A program made the position numbers and the translations under genes. Shown in pieces: positions 45,496 through 57,404 of a stretch of DNA of 64,000 bases. The DNA comes from Eledone cirrhosa (lineage: Eukaryota), in NCBI GenBank assembly GCA_964016885.1, contig OZ024752.1:50034001-50098000 (forward strand), read 5' to 3'. Numbering within the stretch: the stretch's first letter is position 1; the number at the start of each line of letters is the position of its first letter. The notes below the pieces were generated by a model. The model was not told the DNA's origin and made no database searches. It worked only from the letters and a program-made list of their open reading frames with translations.

Positions 45496-46589
45496 CTCTC
45501 CCACACACTACAACTTATCCCTCTAATACACAGTTTCTCTCTCAACTCATCACATGTCCATACCACCACAGTCCCCTCTCCCACACACTACAACTTATCC
45601 CTCTAATACACAGTTTCTCTCTCAACTCATCACATGTCCATACCACCACAGTCCCCTCTCCCACACACTACAACTTATCCCTCTAATACACAGTTTCTCT
45701 CTCAACTCATCACATGTCCATACCAACGCAGTGCCCTCTCCCACACACTACAACTTATCCCTCTAATACACAGTTTCTCTCTCAACTCATCACATGTCCA
45801 TACCAACGCAGTGCCCTCTCCCACACACTACAACTTATCCCTCTAATACACAGTTTCTCTCTCAACTCATCACATGTCCATACCACCACAGTCCCCTCTC
45901 CCACACACTACAACTTATCCCTCTAATACACAGTTTCTCTCTCAACTCATCACATGTCCATACCAACGCAGTGCCCTCTCCCACACACTACAACTTATCC
46001 CTCTAATATACAGTTTCTCTCTCAACTCATCACATGTCCATACCACCACAGTCCCCTCTCCCACACACTACAACTTATCCCTCTAATACACAGTTTCTCT
46101 CTCAACTCCTCACATGTCCATACCAACGCAGTCCCCTCTCCCACACACTACAACTTATCCCTCTAATATACAGTTTCTCTCTCAACTCATCACATGTCCA
46201 TACCAACGCAGTCCCCTCTCCCACACACTACAACTTATCCCTCTAATACACAGTTTCTCTCTCAACTCCTCACATGTCCATACCACCACAGTCCCCTCTC
46301 CCACACACTACAACTTATCCCTCTAATATACAGTTTCTCTCTCAACTCATCACATGTCCATACCACCACAGTCCCCTCTCCCACACACTACAACTTATCC
46401 CTCTAATATACAGTTTCTCTCTCAACTCATCACATGTCCATACCACCACAGTCCCCTCTCCCACACACTACAACTTATCCCTCTAATATACAGTTTCTCT
46501 CTCAACTCATCACATGTCCATACCAACGCAGTCCCCTCTCCCACACACTACAACTTATCCCTCTAATACACAGTTTCTCTCTCAACTCA
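45496..46589 (-). repeat. 80-bp tandem, about 13.5 copies, derived from RTE coding sequence
   Basis: Unit matches about 16108-16187 (the LCIRGISCSV..RLRWYGHVM region). Confidence 0.95.
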
Positions 46590-46927
46590 TATATTTGTAT
46601 TTATTTATGCATGCATGTGTCTTATAACCTCCAATGTGTATGTGTATATGTTTGTGTACATGTATATAGAATTAAATGTATCATATAAGCAGGAAGAAGA
46701 AAAACAAACAAGCTGGTATTTGTGTATTTCCTTTTTCAAAGCCAAGAAATTGATTTTTTCCACAGCATAAAGGTCAGTGCAGTCAGATATTCCAACAACA
46801 AAATACAGTTAGTTAAGTATTGAAATTTTATCACTTTATCTAAGATGTTGCCGAGATCTTTCAGCACCAGAGTTAATGAAGGTGACATTAGGTGAAAAAT
46901 TTAGTGTTACTGTTTCACCTTTGTATA

Positions 46928-47093
46928 TCATCATCATCATCATCATCGTCATTATTTTACGTCCACTTTTCCCTGCTTGCAAGGGTGGGACAGGTCCTAT
47001 TCAGCACAACATCTCTCCATTTGTCACGGTCCATCGTCATTTCCTCCGTGAGCTTCAGCAATCTGAAGTCTGCTCTCACCACCTCCGCCCATG
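46928..47093 (-). mobile_element. RTE 3' tail fragment
   Basis: (cat)n...ccctgcttgcaagggtgggacaggtcctattcagcac...ctcaccacctcc. Confidence 0.7.
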
Positions 47094-47366
47094 TTATATG
47101 GAAAAACTATTTAGTATTATAAACTATACATGTTATAAGACATGACTAATAGTTTTGACACCAGGAAGTAAACTAACTGACTGCAAAATATTGCCTAGAA
47201 AGGGACCCCATGATCGATAAGAAAACTGTCATGGCACCCTGAAGGCTAACCACTGCTGTAAAAGATACCTAAAATGTTGATAACAGGAAGAGCACCTGGT
47301 TATAAAACATTACCTCAAAGAAAGGACTCTCTGAAGAATATGATGCCTGCCATAGGTCCCACAAGG

Positions 47367-47593
47367 TTAACCCTTTACCATTTGCATTATTCTATATATG
47401 CTATTATATTTTCAAAGTAAAGGCTTTATCTTGAATAATTATCTCACATAATAGAAAATTTATGAGATGTTGATATTATTTATTTAAGAACAATACTTTA
47501 ACGTTGGTATGAGTGGCCAGTTATAACCGGTTTGAACAGAAGATGTGAGAAAATTCTGGCCGGATATGGCCACTTTGAATGCTAAAGGGTTAA
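47367..47593. mobile_element. piggyBac-like MITE family 1
   Basis: TTAA-ccctttacc ... aatgctaaaggg-TTAA. Confidence 0.8.
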
Positions 47594-47717
47594 ACCTGCT
47601 TTAGCAGAGGAAGTGGCCTGAAAATGCTTGTTGTGTATCATATAATTTCACTGACTTGAATTCATATTAACCGACCCCAAATCATATTTGATCACATCAT
47701 ATGAACTAAAGTTAATG

Positions 47718-47800
47718 TATTGGGTTGTAACATAAATTCCTGCCGGTTTTTTATTAAGAAGTTTTATAACAACGGCGGGAATGTATGTTACAACCCAATA
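47718..47800. mobile_element. 83-bp mariner-type mini element (MADE1-like architecture)
   Basis: TA-ttgggttgtaacataaattcctgccg ... cggcgggaatgtatgttacaacccaa-TA. Confidence 0.75.
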
Positions 47801-49766
47801 CAATACAAAATGGCATCTGAACTAATTTTCAAAATAATCATGAAACCAGTTAGAAATGATTAATTATAAACTAATAACTGTTGCTAATGAAATTTTATTG
47901 ATTGCAATTGATTTTGAATAAAAAGACTAGATTACTAGACAATCCTTTGATGTTATTCAAATCAGCTTAATCCACATCTGAAATTACAGTTAAGGAACTG
48001 ACATTTATTCATTTGCTATCTCTCTCAGAAATACCTTCAAGATTATTGGACCAATTAGTATGGCTTTTGGCTACTTTTCCAGTTTTATAGAAAACAGCAA
48101 AGGTCAGTTATTATATAAAGAGAAATTTCCACAGAAATATATGTGACTATCTCAAAGATTCATTAATAAAATTTACTTCTTTAATATAAATGTAGACACT
48201 TTTCTCTTTGACATTTCCTATATGGTAGCCTCATTGCTTATTGCTTGGATTTATTTATTAGTCATATTAGTTATCTGTTAAAGATTATTATCCATTATAT
48301 TAATGAAACATAGTTTGAAGTAATGAGTTTAATATAAGATTAAGATATCTAGTTTAATGAGACATCTCGTTCTTCCATAAAAATGAACCTACAACCTATG
48401 TGACATGTAAATAGACACTTCAGAGAAAGTATGGTTATTTCAGCAGAACTTATTTTATCCTCATCCACCACAACACTATTGAAAATTAACAAAATGTTTA
48501 CAAGCTCTGACCTTCTCACTGTACTGCTTTCATACCACCATCCAGCCAGTGTACAATGACATCAAATATTTTGAAGCACTAGACTGAAACATGGCATATC
48601 TAGATTGCTAGAGCTGTGGGTTTATCCCAAGTACCCAATCAGTGGTTTAACCCTTTCATTACCATAATGCTTTTGATTTTTTAATTATTTTGAAAATAAT
48701 CAAGAATTTGGAGGAATTTAGTAATATAACAAACATTCTGGTTATTTAAATGGTGCTTGGAGCATAATTTAATAAAAGTTCTTACATAAAATTATGATGG
48801 AAGGTCTTTAGATAAATATAAACATTTTAAAACAAGTTATATATCTTAAACTCAGGGGTAATTTCAGGTTGTTTGATATCAAAGAGTTGAAATTAAATTA
48901 AAATCTTCCAACATAATTTTATATAAGAACCTTACATTAAGTTACTATCTTAGTAATGAAATAATTAATAATAGAGTGTGTTTCATTAGAAATATGGTCA
49001 TGAAAAGGTTTAAAGACTTATATATTATATATACGGTCAATATGATATTTGTTTTTAAAGGTGAGAGGACAATATCAAGATACTGACTTGTCCAAGATGG
49101 CCTGTTCAATGGACGTTAAAGCATTATGATGATGTTGGTGAATATTTACTTCATCACTTAGATTATAATAATTAAAGTTAGCTATTATATAATTTTCATG
49201 TAATGAAGTAAACCTTATCCTTCCATTTAGTGAAAATGTCTTCTTTCTTTTTTTTCTATTTTGTTGTTTTAAAATATGTAGCAGTTTCTCAAACTCCATA
49301 TAAAAGTAATAAATAATTTATATTCAGGAGAAAATGTATCCAAATTATATTTAAATTCGTAGATTTTTCTTGTTACCAAACAGTGCTGCAACAAGGACTC
49401 ATTCTCAACACCCAAGGGCAAACAAATCTTTTGGCATAAATGCCAGCACCCCACTTTATACAATAGGCATGACATGCCCGAGGAAATTGTATGTCATTTC
49501 ATACTTCAGGCATCTGCTTCCCTCTTGAGTTACCCTCACGATATCTCTGTACCCAAACGCTACAATATTTTTCCTCTGCTAAAAACAAAGAGCTCGAAAT
49601 TATTAACAACAAAACCTTGTACGCAGAAGAAAGAGAATGAAACTAAACAAATGTTTCACAACAGAAGAAATAGAGAAAGCATGTGTAAAGGTATAGTGGT
49701 TGCAGAAATGCTTATAATGAAACTTTTATAAATCACAAGGATGTAGAATAATACTTCAGAATTTAC

Positions 49767-49882
49767 CGGCAAGTTTTCTCTTTCTCTCTTCAGCAAACTT
49801 CATTTTTTTCTTTCTCCTTTCTTTCACTTCTTTGTTGTTCACATTCTCCCCACCAACCATTTGTTGTTCAAGTACAAGCAAT
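49767..49882 (-). CDS. KIF17: Internal coding exon of a kinesin-2 KIF17/OSM-3-like gene (stalk)
   Basis: tttttctgtttatttcAG acceptor and GTaaat donor; 116 bp encoding LLVLEQQMVGGENVNNKEVKERRKKKMKFAEERKRKLA; resembles recalled KIF17 LQLLEQQVVGGEQAKNKDLKEKHKRRKRYADERRKQL. Confidence 0.88.
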
Positions 49883-50077
49883 CTGAAATAAACAGAAAAA
49901 ACTGCTGTAGTGAAAGCTACGACCGTTGCCTCGGGAATTAACTTAGCATTTGAGGAAAGAGAATGGCAATAATAAGTTTTTATATATGTATATATATATA
50001 CTATTATATATATGATATAATATAATTTAATATTATATATATATATGTATGTATGTATGTATGTATATGTATATATG

Positions 50078-50140
<63 letters not shown>

Positions 50141-50142
<2 letters not shown>

Positions 50143-50436
50143 TCATCATCATCATTTCATTTTACGTCTGCTTTTTCCCTGCTTGCAAGGGTGGGACAGG
50201 AACTGATTCTGGCTTGATCTCTACAGCTGGATGCCCTTCCTAACACCAACCTCATTTACAGTGAGTGCTGGGTGCTTTTTTGCTGTGGCACCTCCACGAC
50301 CACTTTGCAGTGGAATGATAGGGACCCCAGTCCCTATCATCTCATTTCTACAGCTGAGTAAACTGGAGCAATGTGAAATAAAGTGTCTTGCTCAAGGAAA
50401 CAACACATCACCCGGTCTGAGAATTGAACTCACAAC
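50141..50436 (-). mobile_element. CORE-SINE, head truncated next to the 310-bp array
   Basis: Reverse complement of about 21990-22280. Confidence 0.88.
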
Positions 50437-50618
50437 ATTCAATTCTCTTCAATATATATATTGGAATAAATGCTCTGAAATAGCGATATATATGTGAATA
50501 TAGACATAGAATATTCGGAAATATTCTGTATGTTTATAATAAACATTTTGAAGACCTAATCGCTATAGAATAGAATACGTCACGTATTACAATTAGATTC
50601 TCGATAAAAGCAAGGGAA

Positions 50619-50661
50619 GTAATCTACGCGTTTCATTCTTGTTAGAAATCATCAGGACTAC
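50619..50661 (-). ncRNA. Type I hammerhead ribozyme motif; identical copies at 50929-50971, 51239-51281, 51549-51591 and 51859-51901
   Basis: GUAGUC-CUGAUGA-uUUCUaacaAGAAu-GAAACGCGUA-GAUUAC; stem I extended by the 16-bp inverted repeat 50597-50612 / 50670-50685. Confidence 0.8.
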
Positions 50662-52448
50662 ATATCCAGTGCTTTTATCGAGAATGACACAGCTAGAGAC
50701 TTATAGAATACTTAGCTGTGTACAGGAACTGGTTTGAAAGAGCGGTTGCCGGTCCGGCAGAAATTAGAAATTGGAATAAATGCTCTGAAATAGCGATATA
50801 TATGTGAATATAGACATAGAATATTCGAAAATATTCTGTATGTTTATAATAAACATTTTGAAGACCTAATCGCTATAGAATAGAATACGTCACGTATTAC
50901 AATTAGATTCTCGATAAAAGCAAGGGAAGTAATCTACGCGTTTCATTCTTGTTAGAAATCATCAGGACTACATATCCAGTGCTTTTATCGAGAATGACAC
51001 AGCTAGAGACTTATAGAATACTTAGCTGTGTACAGGAACTGGTTTGAAAGAGCGGTTGCCGGTCCGGCAGAAATTAGAAATTGGAATAAATGCTCTGAAA
51101 TAGCGATATATATGTGAATATAGACATAGAATATTCGAAAATATTCTGTATGTTTATAATAAACATTTTGAAGACCTAATCGCTATAGAATAGAATACGT
51201 CACGTATTACAATTAGATTCTCGATAAAAGCAAGGGAAGTAATCTACGCGTTTCATTCTTGTTAGAAATCATCAGGACTACATATCCAGTGCTTTTATCG
51301 AGAATGACACAGCTAGAGACTTATAGAATACTTAGCTGTGTACAGGAACTGGTTTGAAAGAGCGGTTGCCGGTCCGGCAGAAATTAGAAATTGGAATAAA
51401 TGCTCTGAAATAGCGATATATATGTGAATATAGACATAGAATATTCGAAAATATTCTGTATGTTTATAATAAACATTTTGAAGACCTAATCGCTATAGAA
51501 TAGAATACGTCACGTATTACAATTAGATTCTCGATAAAAGCAAGGGAAGTAATCTACGCGTTTCATTCTTGTTAGAAATCATCAGGACTACATATCCAGT
51601 GCTTTTATCGAGAATGACACAGCTAGAGACTTATAGAATACTTAGCTGTGTACAGGAACTGGTTTGAAAGAGCGGTTGCCGGTCCGGCAGAAATTAGAAA
51701 TTGGAATAAATGCTCTGAAATAGCGATATATATGTGAATATAGACATAGAATATTCGAAAATATTCTGTATGTTTATAATAAACATTTTGAAGACCTAAT
51801 CGCTATAGAATAGAATACGTCACGTATTACAATTAGATTCTCGATAAAAGCAAGGGAAGTAATCTACGCGTTTCATTCTTGTTAGAAATCATCAGGACTA
51901 CATATCCAGTGCTTTTATCGAGAATGACACAGCTAGAGACTTATAGAATACTTAGCTGTGTACAGGAACTGGTTTGAAAGAGCGGTTGCCGGTCCGGCAG
52001 AAATTAGAAATTGGAATAAATGCTCTGAAATAGCGATATATATGTGAATATAGACATAGAATATTCGAAAATATTCTGTATGTTTATAATAAACATTTTG
52101 AAGACCTAATCGCTATAGAATAGAATACGTCACGTATTACAATTAGATTCTCGATAAAAGCAAGGGAAACGCGTAGATTACTTCCCTTGCTTTTATCGAG
52201 AATCTAATTGTAATACGTGACGTATTCTATTCTATAGCGATTAGGTCTTCAAAATGTTTATTATAAACATACAGAATATTTTCGAATATTCTATGTCTAT
52301 ATTCACATATATATCGCTATTTCAGAGCATTTATTCCAATTTCTAATTTCTGCCGGACCGGCAACCGCTCTTTCAAACCAGTTCCTGTACACAGCTAAGT
52401 ATTCTATAAGTCTCTAGCTGTGTCATTCTCGATAAAAGCACTGGATAT

Positions 52449-52491
52449 GTAGTCCTGATGATTTCTAACAAGAATGAAACGCGTAGATTAC
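52449..52491 (+). ncRNA. Type I hammerhead ribozyme motif; copies at 52759-52801 and 53069-53111
   Basis: gtagtc ctgatga tttctaacaagaat gaaacgcgta gattac; predicted cleavage after GUA at 52485. Confidence 0.8.
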
Positions 52492-54039
52492 TTCCCTTGC
52501 TTTTATCGAGAATCTAATTGTAATACGTGACGTATTCTATTCTATAGCGATTAGGTCTTCAAAATGTTTATTATAAACATACAGAATATTTTCGAATATT
52601 CTATGTCTATATTCACATATATATCGCTATTTCAGAGCATTTATTCCAATTTCTAATTTCTGCCGGACCGGCAACCGCTCTTTCAAACCAGTTCCTGTAC
52701 ACAGCTAAGTATTCTATAAGTCTCTAGCTGTGTCATTCTCGATAAAAGCACTGGATATGTAGTCCTGATGATTTCTAACAAGAATGAAACGCGTAGATTA
52801 CTTCCCTTGCTTTTATCGAGAATCTAATTGTAATACGTGACGTATTCTATTCTATAGCGATTAGGTCTTCAAAATGTTTATTATAAACATACAGAATATT
52901 TTCGAATATTCTATGTCTATATTCACATATATATCGCTATTTCAGAGCATTTATTCCAATTTCTAATTTCTGCCGGACCGGCAACCGCTCTTTCAAACCA
53001 GTTCCTGTACACAGCTAAGTATTCTATAAGTCTCTAGCTGTGTCATTCTCGATAAAAGCACTGGATATGTAGTCCTGATGATTTCTAACAAGAATGAAAC
53101 GCGTAGATTACTTCCCTTGCTTTTATCGAGAATCTAATTGTAATACGTGACGTATTCTATTCTATAGCGATTAGGTCTTCAAAATGTTTATTATAAACAT
53201 ACAGAATATTTTCGAATATTCTATGTCTATATTCACATATATATATATATATATACATACATACATATATACGTATATATACATACATATGAAATAATGA
53301 AATAGAAGGAAAATGATTGCAATGACATATAACAGGTAAGCGAAATATAAAGACAGGTTAAAGAGAATGAATAACCAGTGAAAAGCTCAAAAGAAATGCA
53401 AAACATGGAAAGACAAAAGAGAGGGAATTGTGGGAACATCTTCAGTCCAACGTTTGTATTAAAAATAATTTCAAAACGAAATAGAATTCAAATGCAACTG
53501 TATTATTTATTATGTTCGGTAGACAAAGGAAATCTGGAATTTTAATAAAGACATTTTGTTAAGTTGTTTTTACAAAGGAATAGAAAACAAAACTTTATTT
53601 TTTGTAAATTAAAAGTACATTCAATAAGAGTAAAAACAAAAGGAAGAAAGAATGCTTTTAGAATGAATCTGACAGAAGTTGTCAATTTGTGGAAAAACAA
53701 CATATGTGTGTGGATTAGAATTTTTACAACTTGTTCTTTCAAATGGGATTTAGAAAAAGCAGAACATTGTTCTAACAATTGTACAGCTTAAATAAAACTT
53801 CAAATGAAAGAAATAATGACAAAACTACTGCACTCTAATAATCACTTCCTATTTTGGAAATATTTAAAAAAAATGATGGAAGGTTTTGTTTTGTTGGGTT
53901 TTTTTTGTTTTTTTTATAAATAGACACTTTAAAATAATATGTCAAGTGTAAGAAAACCAGGAAAGATTTCAAACAGTTTTGTGTATCAAAAGGGTTAAAT
54001 AGATACAAAGATAATTTTCGAAAAAGCATGTACTCTAGA

Positions 54040-54235
54040 TATTCATCATCATCATCATAGACCCCCAAGGGTCTGCAGATGCCTTCTGTAATTTCCTCCA
54101 AGCAGTTCTGTCCTCCACCATCCTGATCAACTCCCAGGCACTCTTGTCGGTCCATACACAGATGTCACTCATCCAGCACTTTCTTGGCTGCCCTCCTCTC
54201 CTGTTGCCTGGCAACATCCATGTATTACAGTGTTC
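54040..54235 (-). mobile_element. RTE 3' fragment
   Basis: PGNRRGGQPRKCWMSDI..W....ELIRMVEDRTAWRKL followed by (gat)n. Confidence 0.75.
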
Positions 54236-54249
54236 ACCAGTCTCAAAGT

Positions 54250-54675
54250 AATTGTTTCTACTTTAAGCATAAGGCCAGCAATTTAAAGGGGAGGGGGAAG
54301 TCGATTAAATCAACCCCAGTGTATTACTGGTACTTTATTTTATCGACCCCGTAAGAATGAAAGGCAAAGTTAACCTCGGCGGGATTTGAACTCAGAACAC
54401 AAGAGGCGCAACATTATGCCACGAAGCATGTTGCCCAACGCTCTACCAATTACTGCTTATCCACCACCTTGAGAACAACAACAATAATAAATGTTTCTAC
54501 TTTTAGCACAAGGCCAGCAATTACCACAGTGTATTACTGGTATTTTATTTTATCGACCCCGTAAGGATGAAAGGCAAAGTTAACCTCGGCGGGATTTGAA
54601 CTCAGATCATAAAAGGCCGTAACTCTTTGCTGCAAAACATGGCGTCCGACCCTCTACCGATACCGCCAATCCAAA
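54250..54675 (-). mobile_element. Two adjacent Meta-type SINEs
   Basis: Two copies of gtactttattttatcgaccccgtaag...gggatttgaactcag. Confidence 0.85.
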
Positions 54676-55526
54676 GGCCAATAATAATGATGGAAGGTTT
54701 TAGAAAATTCAGTGGAAGGAAGATACAGTAGAGGAAGACCACAGAAAACATGGGCAGAGGTGGTGACCTCAGATAACTGGAGTTAACCTCGGCGGGATTT
54801 GAACTCAGAATGCCAATAATGAAAAATAGATGCAAGTGGAAAAGAAATATTGTAAACATAAATGCCGATAATCTGGTAAAAAGATTGAAGCATTGATTAG
54901 TCTAGAATCTTTGTTAAGATTAAAGGAAGAGAGGGTAAAAACTATCATATTTCGACAAACATAATATAGGAAAATATATTAAAAAAATAATGATAAATAA
55001 ATAAAAAAAATCTATCACTGTATATATTGATAATGAATGAATATTTTACTGAGATGAACCTTAACCACGTTGATGGTGACATTATTTGACATAACTGAGT
55101 TATTACACAGCAACAGCAAAGATGAGAACTTTATATTTTATTTCCTCCAATGAGGGTCAATAAATGGATTCCTGAAACTTCCAAAAAAAATAAGGCCTTT
55201 TATCTGGTTTAAAATGTTTCATGTCATATGAAGACAAAATATATTTTAAAGCAGTTAATCAGTGGAAAAAATAAACAATAAAACAACAGAAATAAATATT
55301 TTTTTCCACCCTGGTTAACTGATTGAGATAATTAGTGGAGTAAGAGACAATAATATTACCAATAAAATCTTCATTAGACATAGACGGAGTTCAAATTTTA
55401 GATTAGACATCGTCCATAAATTTGGTTTTGAGGTTAGGTTATTAGAAATAATTAAACTGTTATAAATTGTTATACTATATATATATATGTGTGTGTGTGT
55501 GTGTATATTATATATATATATGTACA

Positions 55527-55582
<56 letters not shown>

Positions 55583-55598
55583 GTGTATATATGTGTGC

Positions 55599-55632
<34 letters not shown>

Positions 55633-55633
55633 T

Positions 55634-55978
55634 CATCATTTCATCATCATTTCATTTTACGTCCGCTTTTTCTCTGCTTGCAAGGGTGGGACGGGAACTG
55701 ATGCTGGCTTGATTTCTACAACTGGATGCCCTTCCTAACACCAACCTCATTTACAGTGAGTGCTGGGTGCTTTTTTGCCGTGGCACCTCCACGACCACTT
55801 TGCAGTGGAATGATAGGGAACCCAGTCCCTATCATCTCATTTCTACAGCTGAGTAAACTGGAGCAATGTGAAATAAAGTGTCTTGCTCAAGGAAACAACA
55901 CATCGCCTGGTCTGAGAATTGAACTCACAACCTTTCGATTGCAAGGCCAATGCTCTAACCACTAAGCCATGTGCCTCC
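55634..55978 (-). mobile_element. Full-length CORE-SINE
   Basis: Reverse complement of 21943-22285. Confidence 0.9.
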
Positions 55979-56449
55979 ATATTATGTGTATATATATGTG
56001 TGTGCATTACCTTTTACATACATATATATATATATATACACGCACACAAAGAAGAAGAAGAAGAACAACAACAACAATGGTGAATCGTGAGATCTATTTC
56101 ATTGATAAAAGTATGTTTATAAAAGACGGCACCAGAGACTGTTTTCCAGCTGCTCATGTTTTCTCTTTCAGTTTGAGTATTTCTGAAGAATTTCAAAGAT
56201 TGATTCTATATTTGTTATGGTTCCAAATCAATGTATTTATTGCTTAAGGCCAATGAGTTGGAAGAAATGGTGAAGTGCCACAGTAAATGCCTGACAGTGT
56301 TTAGTTTCTTTCAGTCTTACTCTGCTATAAATCTGATTATAGCTTGAGAGAAGAAAAAAATTGCATAATAAATAGAGTTAAATAGATAGGCAGACAAATA
56401 GATGAATAGATAGGTATAAAGATAGGTAGGTAGATGTATAGGTAGACAA

Positions 56450-56489
<40 letters not shown>

Positions 56490-56491
<2 letters not shown>

Positions 56492-56957
56492 TTCTTTATT
56501 AGCCACAAGGGCGCAACAAGAAAGGGGACAATACAAAGACATGCCGGGGATTTTACATACAGTCGTGTAAAAAATATAAAAACAAACAATTTCAACAATC
56601 GAAATCCCCAATAGGGGGGAGGCGCCACAAATGGGTTGTTTAATACCCCGTCGATAGAACAACCCTCAACTCAAGGAGCGTGTTGTGCAAGTGCTCCCTT
56701 CTTCCTTTTGCTCTCTTCCTCAACCTACAGGCTTATAAACAGAGAAGGCCCAATCACTCGGGCCATTTTCGCTTCATTCACCCACCTTTCAGTAAATTTA
56801 CTGGGGTGCAGTGCCTCTCTCTCCACCCTGATTCTCCTTCTAAAGTGATACTTAAAGAATGGAATCAATTGTTGTCCGGAGAGAAAGGCATCTGTCCTCA
56901 GTCCTCTCAACCTCGTCCACCATATAACTTCTTTCACCATAGCCACCGTACAGAGGA

Positions 56958-56960
<3 letters not shown>
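56490..56960 (-). mobile_element. 5'-truncated L1/Tx1-type LINE flanked by (GATA)n
   Basis: AMVKEVIWWTR...FFKYHFRRRIRVERE...FTERW, 3' UTR ending aataaagaaa; (GATA)n on both sides. Confidence 0.7.
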
Positions 56961-56994
<34 letters not shown>

Positions 56995-56995
<1 letters not shown>

Positions 56996-57240
56996 TTCTT
57001 TATTAGCCACAAGGGCACAAAAGAAGGGGACAAATACAAAGGGGGAAGTTTACATACAATAAAAACGTGTAAAATGTTATCACAGATGGAATTTAAAAGT
57101 TAGTCGATTTTCCCCAATAGAGGGAGACAGTTTATATGGGTAACACAGACCCCCGAAAAAAATGTGCAACCCTCATCTCCAGGAGTACGAAGAGCTTGTA
57201 CTCCTTTCCTCTCCTCCTCCTTTTCCTCAACCTACAGGCT
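56995..57240 (-). mobile_element. Related L1/Tx1-type 3' UTR fragment flanked by (GATA)n; third short copy at about 58050-58133
   Basis: Shares terminal tttctttattagccacaagggc and tcaacctacaggct with the 56490 copy. Confidence 0.65.
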
Positions 57241-57257
57241 GAGATAGATAGATAGAC

Positions 57258-57289
<32 letters not shown>

Positions 57290-57368
57290 GCAAACAATAA
57301 ACTGAAATAACAAAGCAGAGTACAATAAAGAAATATATTATTTTTATGCTTGATATAGTAGGAAAAGA

Positions 57369-57404
57369 TCTTAACGTTTCGGACACTGGTCCTTCATCAG
57401 AATA
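57369..57404 (-). ncRNA. Minimal type I hammerhead-like motif (one stem I mismatch)
   Basis: Minus strand UAUU-CUGAUGA-A-GGAC cagu GUCC-GAAA-CGUU-AAGA. Confidence 0.6.

Larger units (their letters stand above)
50461..53240. mobile_element. 310-bp hammerhead-bearing tandem array (non-LTR retrozyme-like), arranged as an inverted pair
   Basis: Units start at 50461, 50771, 51081, 51391, 51701 and 52011 (partial, to 52168); 52169-53240 is the reverse complement (about 3.4 units); only one substitution noticed between units. Confidence 0.85.

Noticed and set aside
40457-46589. CRISPR-like appearance of the 44-bp and 80-bp arrays
   Set aside because: No unique spacers, no cas genes, eukaryotic context; units derive from transposons
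49456-49577. Possible alternative terminal exon after a tttttagcag acceptor on the minus strand
   Set aside because: In-phase product (AEEKYCSVWVQR...) resembles nothing I recognise; needs RNA evidence
56321-56342. 22-nt minus-strand micro-exon candidate (polypyrimidine-AAG ... GTAAGA)
   Set aside because: Too short to support; joined peptide does not resemble KIF17
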